Below are positions 57,717 to 64,000 of a stretch of 64,000 nt of DNA, in pieces. Location of the stretch: contig CAYPRJ010000001.1 of assembly GCA_964413095.1 (NCBI GenBank), positions 6,975-70,974 on the forward strand, written 5' to 3'. A model generated the notes under the pieces. It was given only the letters and a program-made list of their open reading frames with translations. It was not told where the DNA came from and did not search any database. Position 1 is the stretch's first letter; each line of letters starts with the position of its first letter. Both the position numbers and the translations under genes were made by a program. The DNA comes from Candidatus Woesearchaeota archaeon. GTDB lineage: Archaea; Nanobdellota; Nanobdellia; Pacearchaeales; GW2011-AR1.

Positions 57717-59390
57717 ATGGCATTCATTGTTAAGCAGAAAATTCATGGAAAAGATTATTATTATCTTAGGAAAAGTTTTAGAAAAGGAGATAAAGTTATA
57801 AGCAAACACATCGCATATCTTGGCAAGACTAAAAAAGAAGCTGAGAAAAAAGCTAAAAAGATTTTGAAAAAAATGGAAGGAAAAAATATAGAGAATAAAG
57901 AAAAAAATAGAATAGAAATCAAAAAAATTTCTATTGATGACATGGCGAAGTTTTGCAAAAGAAAAGGTTTTGTTTATCCTTCTGCTGAAATTTACGGAGG
58001 TTTTTCTGGTTTCTGGGATTTTGGGCATCTTGGAACTGAATTAAAAAATAATATTAAAAAAGAATGGTGGGATTTTTTTGTAAGGCAAAGAGAAGACATT
58101 GTTGGAATTGATGGAGCTGTTATTACAAATCCTAAAGTTTGGGAAGCGTCAGGACATGTTAAAAATTTTATAGATGTTTCTGTTGTTTGTAAAAAATGTG
58201 GAAATAAAACAAAAATTGATAAGTTTGAAATAGGAAAAGTTAAATGTGAAAAGTGCGGTGGAGATTTTGAAGTTAAAGAAGAATTTAATCCAATGTTTAC
58301 AACACGGGTAGGACCAACAAAAGAAAATTCTATAACCTCTTATTTAAGACCAGAGACAGCACAATTAATTTTTACTAATTTTAAGTTTGTTCAAGAAAAT
58401 GCAAGAATGAAATTACCTTTTGGAATTGCTCAGATTGGAAAAGCTTTTAGGAATGAAATAGCTCCAAGAGATTTTTTATTTAGAACAAGAGAATTTGAAC
58501 AAATGGAGATAGAATATTTTATTGAACCAGGAAGTAAATGTCCTTATAAATTAAGCACTGAAAATAAAAAAATTTTAGTTTATTCAGATAAAATGCAGGA
58601 GAAAGGCGAAGAGCCGATAAGAATGAGTTTTAAAGAAGCTTATGAGAAAAAAATAATAAAAACTGATTGGCACGCTTATTGGCTTGAACAAAATTTTCTT
58701 TGGTTTATTAATCTTGGAGCAAATCCTGAAAAGTTTAGAATAAGGCAGCATATTTCAGAAGAAAAATCACACTATGCTTTGGATACTTGGGATTTGGAAT
58801 ATAATTTTCCTTTTGGTTGGAAAGAATTACAAGGAATGGCTAATAGAACTGATTTTGATTTAAGGCAACATCAAAAAAATTCAGGAGTTAAATTAGAAGT
58901 TACTAATGATAAAGGAGAAAAATTTTTACCTCATGTAGTTTGTGAACCAAGTCAAGGAATTGAAAGAGCAATGTTAGTTTTTTTATTTGATTCTTATTTT
59001 TACGACGAGAAAAGAGATAATATCATTTTAAGATTAAATCCAAAACTTTCTCCAATTAAAGTTGCAGTTTTTCCTATAGTTAAAAGAAAAGACATGGAAA
59101 AAATTGCTACAGAAATTTATAATGATTTAAAAAAAGAATTTAATGTTCTTTATGATAAAAGTGGAAGTATAGGTAGAAGATATTCTAGACAAGATGAAAT
59201 AGGAACACCTTTTTGTGTAACTGTCGACGAGGATTCTTTAAAAAATAAAAACGTTACAATTCGTGAAAGAGATACTGGAGAGCAAGTTAAAGTTAAAATA
59301 AAAAATTTAAAGAATGTTTTATCTAAATCAGTTAAAGATGAATCAATTTTAACTTTAGGAAAAAAAATTAATACAAGGAAACAAAATTAA
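57717..59390 (+). CDS. glyS: Glycyl-tRNA synthetase (alpha2 type) with N-terminal extension
   Basis: EIYGG, YLRPETAQ, FRNEIAPR, REFEQME, SIGRRYSRQDEIGTP. Confidence 0.96.
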   Translation: MAFIVKQKIHGKDYYYLRKSFRKGDKVISKHIAYLGKTKKEAEKKAKKILKKMEGKNIENKEKNRIEIKKISIDDMAKFCKRKGFVYPSAEIYGGFSGFWDFGHLGTELKNNIKKEWWDFFVRQREDIVGIDGAVITNPKVWEASGHVKNFIDVSVVCKKCGNKTKIDKFEIGKVKCEKCGGDFEVKEEFNPMFTTRVGPTKENSITSYLRPETAQLIFTNFKFVQENARMKLPFGIAQIGKAFRNEIAPRDFLFRTREFEQMEIEYFIEPGSKCPYKLSTENKKILVYSDKMQEKGEEPIRMSFKEAYEKKIIKTDWHAYWLEQNFLWFINLGANPEKFRIRQHISEEKSHYALDTWDLEYNFPFGWKELQGMANRTDFDLRQHQKNSGVKLEVTNDKGEKFLPHVVCEPSQGIERAMLVFLFDSYFYDEKRDNIILRLNPKLSPIKVAVFPIVKRKDMEKIATEIYNDLKKEFNVLYDKSGSIGRRYSRQDEIGTPFCVTVDEDSLKNKNVTIRERDTGEQVKVKIKNLKNVLSKSVKDESILTLGKKINTRKQN

Positions 59391-59500
59391 TGAAGTAATT
59401 TGTCGACGGAAAATTGTTTTGAAAATTTTTTGAGATTTTTTTTACAAAAACTTTATAAATAAATGATTCTTAATATAATTAATTAAAAGAGGGGTGAAAA

Positions 59501-59698
59501 ATGGCAAAAGCTAAAACACCAAAGCAGATTGCAGTGAAGATAAAATCTCTTAAGAAACAAGTAACAAAACTTGAACAACAAAAGAAGAAAGCAGCTGCTG
59601 CTAAGAAGAAGACTTCTAAGAAAAAGTCAACCAAGAAGAAATCAACTAAGAAGAAGTCTACAAAAAAGAAGTCTGCTAAGAAGAAAAAAAGAAGATAA
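59501..59698 (+). CDS. Lys-rich histone H1-like small protein
   Basis: KKKS/T-type pentapeptide repeats; GGGGTGA RBS. Confidence 0.7.
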   Translation: MAKAKTPKQIAVKIKSLKKQVTKLEQQKKKAAAAKKKTSKKKSTKKKSTKKKSTKKKSAKKKKRR

Positions 59699-59736
59699 GA
59701 ACAATCTTTTAATTATATTTTTTATTTAATCTATTT

Positions 59737-60114
59737 TTAATTATATTTTTTATTTATGAGAGTATGAATTCCTATTGCAGAAAATATTCCTAATGAATCA
59801 ATAAATATGTCAGTTATACTTGCATCTCTTAAAGGGACAAACATTTGGTGAAATTCATCGAATATTGCATGTATTATGGAAATTGTTAATACTAGAATAA
59901 TTGTTTTTAGAGTAATATCTTTTTTACCTTTTATTAAGATAAATAAGAAGAAAGTAAATAGAAAAAAAGCAGTTAAATGATATGTCCTTGGGATCCAGGG
60001 GTTTCCCCCTATTCCAGTTGAAGATGCTCCAGTAATACTTGAAAAAAGGAATATTTCCAGTGTAATGAGGACTGTTATTATTAATGCAAATAATCTATTT
60101 TTGAAAAGTTCCAT
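59737..60114 (-). CDS. VanZ family membrane protein
   Basis: DEFHQMFVPLRDASITDIFIDSLG. Confidence 0.88.
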   Translation of the reverse strand: MELFKNRLFALIITVLITLEIFLFSSITGASSTGIGGNPWIPRTYHLTAFFLFTFFLFILIKGKKDITLKTIILVLTISIIHAIFDEFHQMFVPLRDASITDIFIDSLGIFSAIGIHTLINKKYN

Positions 60115-60154
60115 TTTTGGAGATTGGTTTTTTTGTTTAAAAGAATTACTATGA

Positions 60155-60226
60155 TGTCTCTGGAGGGAGTTTAACCCTCGACTTCTGCCTCATGAGAGCA
60201 GCGCTCTGACGCTGAGCTACAGAGAC
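60155..60226 (-). tRNA. tRNA with CAT anticodon (elongator Met or Ile2), no intron
   Basis: GTCTCTG/CAGAGAC, GCTC/GAGC, CTGCT-CTCATGA-GGCAG; T loop TTAAACT. Confidence 0.85.
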
Positions 60227-60347
60227 AAGATTACTAGAGAAAATTGATTTAAAAGTTTTAGTATTAAAGGCTTTGATAAAACATAAGAATTTCTTAACTT
60301 CCTGCTCATTACTCGCAGGTTTTTTTAGATTTAATAGAACTATCTCA

Positions 60348-60509
60348 GATGAGTTTTTTTGAATGAAAAATAGTTCGCCTATCAGCTCAAATTAATCACA
60401 AATAACTGCAATCCTCGTTGGTTTTAGCATTAATTATATTATCAATAGCGAATGAAGTGAGCCAAATTATTGAAAAATACGAATACCATTTATAAGTATC
60501 AGAGATACT
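60348..60509 (-). repeat. Second (inverted) copy of the 14489-14652 repeat
   Basis: Read directly. Confidence 0.9.
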
Positions 60510-60761
60510 CATAGAAGACGAAATTTTAATGAATAAACTAAATAGATTTTAGATTTAATTTTAATAAAGATAGTTAAAAATTTTACATTCTTTAGATTTA
60601 ATAAAGAAACGACTATGTTCAATTTACAATTTAATCTACAACACAATTTTAATTTATAACACAAAAAGAAGTGATAAAAATAAAAAAATAAACAGGAATT
60701 CACCAAAGCTGTATTAAAGAAAAAAGGGAAAAATAAAGAGGATTATTGAAAAAATTATTTT

Positions 60762-60941
60762 CTATATTTTTTCTTTGTATTCTCTTTCATCCTGTTGCTC
60801 TGCTTGTATCTTGTATGTTGCTTCTTGAGAAGGTTGATTTGATTCTATTATAAGGCAGCCTTCAGGATTTTCAGCCCATATGGCTCTTTTTTCCCACATT
60901 AGTTTCTCTTCTATTGTTCTTAGATTTTCTTCATTACTCAT
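60762..60941 (-). CDS. 59-aa hypothetical protein (not in ORF track)
   Basis: MSNEENLRTIEEKLMWEK...; GGAGGT RBS. Confidence 0.55.
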   Translation of the reverse strand: MSNEENLRTIEEKLMWEKRAIWAENPEGCLIIESNQPSQEATYKIQAEQQDEREYKEKI

Positions 60942-61177
60942 TCTTACCTCCGATATTTAATTTTGCTCTGTAAACCAGGACCAGATTCAAAGTATATAAT
61001 AAATTTATAAGAATCAAAAGCCCAGTAAAATTAATACAGAGCTTTAATCACAGATATACTTTTTGTTTTATTCTTAAAGTACAGCTGTGAATTATTCATT
61101 CTTTTTTTAATATTATAAAGTTTATATATTTTTCCGTAAAAAATAAAAAAAGAAGAAATAGTAATAATTAATTTTAA

Positions 61178-61504
61178 CTAACTATTGTTTTTAACTAAAG
61201 TTATCTCAATTGTAGATACACTAACTTTTTTTCCTTCTTTGTTTTCAAATTCTTCACTGCCTGTTTTTATTTCCTTTATTTCAACTTCTTGGTCTTTTAG
61301 AAATCTCTTTTTGACAACTTCTGCAATGTCAACAGCTCTGCTTATGAATTTTCCTCTTGCTTTTACAATCACTTCGTTTTTTCCCTTGGTTGTGAACTGC
61401 ATAACAACACTTGTCACATAATTCATAAAAGGTTTAGTTCCAACATAAACAACATTTTCATCTTCGGCAGATTTGTTGGGTTTGTTTTCAAGTTCTTCAG
61501 TCAT
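61178..61504 (-). CDS. albA: Chromatin protein Alba
   Basis: [24 protein letters not shown]. Confidence 0.96.
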   Translation of the reverse strand: MTEELENKPNKSAEDENVVYVGTKPFMNYVTSVVMQFTTKGKNEVIVKARGKFISRAVDIAEVVKKRFLKDQEVEIKEIKTGSEEFENKEGKKVSVSTIEITLVKNNS

Positions 61505-61532
61505 TTTTGTTACCTTAGTTTATTTAGTTTAA

Positions 61533-61712
61533 TTAATGTTTTTGTTTTTTTAATTTTGTTATTAATCCTGCTATTTGATTTCTTATTTTTTTGCTAGGTG
61601 CTGTATTTTTAAGAATTTTTTTGTTTTCTTCAAAATTGTTAGTGAAAGGTATATCTTTTTCTAAGAGAGTTTTTGCAGCTTTTTTTATTGATTTTGATTT
61701 TATTTTACCCAT
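61533..61712 (-). CDS. rps17e: Ribosomal protein S17e (59 aa, not in ORF track)
   Basis: MGKIKSKSIKK...FEENKK...PSKKIRNQIAGLIT. Confidence 0.88.
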   Translation of the reverse strand: MGKIKSKSIKKAAKTLLEKDIPFTNNFEENKKILKNTAPSKKIRNQIAGLITKLKKQKH

Positions 61713-61753
61713 GTTAATTTGTTCTATTTCAAGTTTTTAAAGTTTATTGAAAT

Positions 61754-62620
61754 TTATTCTTCATTTATTTTTTCTATCTGGTCAAGTTTTTCTATTGCGT
61801 CAATTAATTTCCTTGTTTTTTTCAATGGCTCTCCCATACTTAGAATTTTATAATCCAGGTTACTTTCTAATGCCTTTTTATATGCTTTTACAATATCTTC
61901 TTCATCGATTCTTTTTTTATTGTAAGCCACCAGCAATAAATCCTTTCCAGAATCTTTTATTTTCATTATTAATTCATTTTTGTTAAAAGATTCAATGTCT
62001 AAAATTTCAGTTGACTTTGATATTAAAAATTCTTTTACTTTATTGAAAAATTTTTGATTTTTCTTTGAGCTTTGTTTTTTCTTTTTAGATTTTTTATTTG
62101 TTGTTTTCTTCTTTTTTGGTTCTTTGTCAAAAATCTCTAATTCTTTTTCTTTTTTAACCTGAGGTTCTGATTTGGGTTGTTCAGATTTTTCTTCTTTTGG
62201 GATTTCTTCTTTGGCTGTGAAATATCTCCAGAAAATTTCATCTGAATTTGGTTTTTTGAAAGGTATTGCAAAATCCTGGATATTTCTAAGAGCTACTCTT
62301 ATTGCAGGAACTTGTTCTCTGTCTGATAAAATTTTTTTCTCTTTTAGAATTTGGAATGCATCTTTTTCTCTACTCTTTAAATATTGTGAAAAATTTTCTA
62401 ATTTTGGCTCTTGTCCTGGAAGAAAATATATCGGAGAACTGCCGACTTTCATATTACTTATTTTTATCTTTTTTTCTGATAATAGTTCTGATAAAAAAGC
62501 AGAAGTGAAGAGTATACTTTGTTCTATTTCTCTTGCTATTCTTGCAGGAAGGCTTGGCCCTTTTGCCTTAAGAACAGATATTATTTTCTCTTTTAATGGT
62601 GTTGTATCTTGTGTTGGCAT
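61754..62620 (-). CDS. Hypothetical protein, N-terminal winged-helix-like region
   Basis: KGPSLPARIAREI...LSEL...KVGSSPIY. Confidence 0.65.
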   Translation of the reverse strand: MPTQDTTPLKEKIISVLKAKGPSLPARIAREIEQSILFTSAFLSELLSEKKIKISNMKVGSSPIYFLPGQEPKLENFSQYLKSREKDAFQILKEKKILSDREQVPAIRVALRNIQDFAIPFKKPNSDEIFWRYFTAKEEIPKEEKSEQPKSEPQVKKEKELEIFDKEPKKKKTTNKKSKKKKQSSKKNQKFFNKVKEFLISKSTEILDIESFNKNELIMKIKDSGKDLLLVAYNKKRIDEEDIVKAYKKALESNLDYKILSMGEPLKKTRKLIDAIEKLDQIEKINEE

Positions 62621-62654
62621 AATTGAATTAAATGTAATAGAATTATAAAGTTTA

Positions 62655-63173
62655 TTATGGCCTTATCCATCCCACTTCATAATATGTGACATCTCCTTCT
62701 TCATCAACAATTGCTAGAAGTAAGTTCTTTTTTGTAGAGTGTGCTATTCTTGTTTTTGCTGAAAATTCGTGCCAGGTTAATTTTCCAGATTCATGGTCTG
62801 TGAATACAAGCCATTTTGCATGTTTTTTTCCTGGGCGTGCTCCTTTTTCATAAACTCTAAATTCTGCACCAAATTTCAATGCTGTTTTTACTATATAACC
62901 TCTTTCTCTTAAATCTTTAAACACAGGATATTTTATTTGAATTTTCTTATCTATTCTTCTTAACTTTGATATTAGGTCCTTTTTTGAAATTTTTTTGGTT
63001 TTTGAAAATGCTTCTGCTTTTCCTTTTTCAACTAAGAATAAAACTTCTGATGGGGAGTATTGGATTTTTTCTCCTACAGGCTCACCAAAACAACTTTTTT
63101 TATATAGAGAAAATGCTTCTGCATCATTGCTTGAGATTATTTCTCCTATGATATATATTTTAATTTTTTCCAT
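62655..63173 (-). CDS. endA: tRNA-intron endonuclease
   Basis: DLRERGY..KTALKFGAEFRVY, H and K catalytic residues. Confidence 0.95.
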   Translation of the reverse strand: MEKIKIYIIGEIISSNDAEAFSLYKKSCFGEPVGEKIQYSPSEVLFLVEKGKAEAFSKTKKISKKDLISKLRRIDKKIQIKYPVFKDLRERGYIVKTALKFGAEFRVYEKGARPGKKHAKWLVFTDHESGKLTWHEFSAKTRIAHSTKKNLLLAIVDEEGDVTYYEVGWIRP

Positions 63174-63385
63174 CGTATCTCCTATGTTCGACGAGGTAAT
63201 TTTCGCTTTGCGAAAATAAGACGAACTTTCTTGAATAAATTCAATTATTAATTAAAGAAAATGATAATATTTAAAAATATGGTTTTTTTTATTGAACTTA
63301 TGAAGCTGATACAATTAGTTTTAGTTCTTGTACTTGTGTTAGTGGTGGCTCTTTTATAGAGTCATTAATTAAATTTTTTTATAAA

Positions 63386-63625
63386 ATGGCTCTTGAATTT
63401 ATTTCATCTGAGGGGATTTTTAACGGAAAGAGAATTTCTATACCTGAAGGAGCAAATTGTTATAGGATTAAATCTGAAAAAATTAAATTTTTCAGAAAAG
63501 ATTTAGAAGGAATTGAGAGAGTTAAATTTATTCCAAAAAATCCAAAGCCAAGAAAAATGAGTTTTGAAGGAGTAGAAAAAAATGCACATAATATTGAGTA
63601 CGGAGAACCTGTTTTTTATGAATGA
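63386..63625 (+). CDS. Hypothetical protein
   Basis: ORF only. Confidence 0.5.
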   Translation: MALEFISSEGIFNGKRISIPEGANCYRIKSEKIKFFRKDLEGIERVKFIPKNPKPRKMSFEGVEKNAHNIEYGEPVFYE

Positions 63626-63658
63626 AAATATTTTAAACTACAAAATTAATATAATAAT

Positions 63659-64000
63659 ATGAAAACAAGTTTTAAAACAATAGAAAAAAGGTGGCAGACT
63701 GAGTGGGAAAAGAAAAGAATTTTTGAAATATCTCGAAAGTCAAGCACAAAAAAAGAAAAATATTATATTTTAGAAATGTTTCCTTATCCTTCTGGTTCTG
63801 GATTGCATATGGGACATGCTCTTAATTTCACAATAGGAGATATTTTTGCTAGATACAAAAGAATGAAAGGATTTAATGTTTTACATCCTATGGGTTATGA
63901 TGCTCTTGGTTTGCCAGCAGAAAATGCTGCTATAAAAGTAGGAGAACATCCAAAGAATTATACTAAGAAATCTATAAGGTATTTTACTAAGCAGATGAAA
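63659..64000 (+). CDS. leuS: Leucyl-tRNA synthetase, bacterial type (runs off window)
   Basis: [44 protein letters not shown]. Confidence 0.93.
   Translation, partial: MKTSFKTIEKRWQTEWEKKRIFEISRKSSTKKEKYYILEMFPYPSGSGLHMGHALNFTIGDIFARYKRMKGFNVLHPMGYDALGLPAENAAIKVGEHPKNYTKKSIRYFTKQMK

Noticed and set aside
60509..60706. 65-aa minus-strand ORF beside the repeat as a possible transposase remnant
   Set aside because: Low-complexity AT-rich translation with no transposase motif

Overview
AT-rich chromosomal region of a reduced DPANN archaeon, most consistent with Pacearchaeota/Nanobdellota. This assignment is inferred from archaeal markers (RadA, TFB, aIF-2alpha, eS1, eL42, eS8, eS17, Alba, GINS, EndA) and the pilin style. 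Bases 1-13.5 kb hold a type IV pilus/Tad-like locus: ATPase, TadC/FlaJ-like platform, about 10 pilin-like ORFs and an A24 prepilin peptidase. It carries two bacterial-type peptidoglycan-hydrolase domains: an M23 peptidase and an AmpD/Amidase_2 domain inserted inside a pilin-like protein. A second pilin-like gene at 43 kb precedes a 2056-aa secreted protein ending in a probably degenerate lytic-transglycosylase-like domain. Together these suggest a pilus-linked cell-wall-attack system aimed at bacteria (hypothesis). The rest is housekeeping DNA heavily colonised by selfish elements: 4 inteins (RadA x2, EndoQ-like, SRP54), LAGLIDADG ORFs ending inside tRNA 5' ends, multi-intron tRNAs, duplicated tRNA/gene ends around short inserts, and dispersed repeats, one apparently inserted in-frame in Bud32. 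Also present: a minimal [FeFe]-hydrogenase-like gene, an HldA/HldC (RfaE) pair, and two tRNAs with a compensatory U19-A56 elbow. All calls come from motif recognition by eye; no searches were run.
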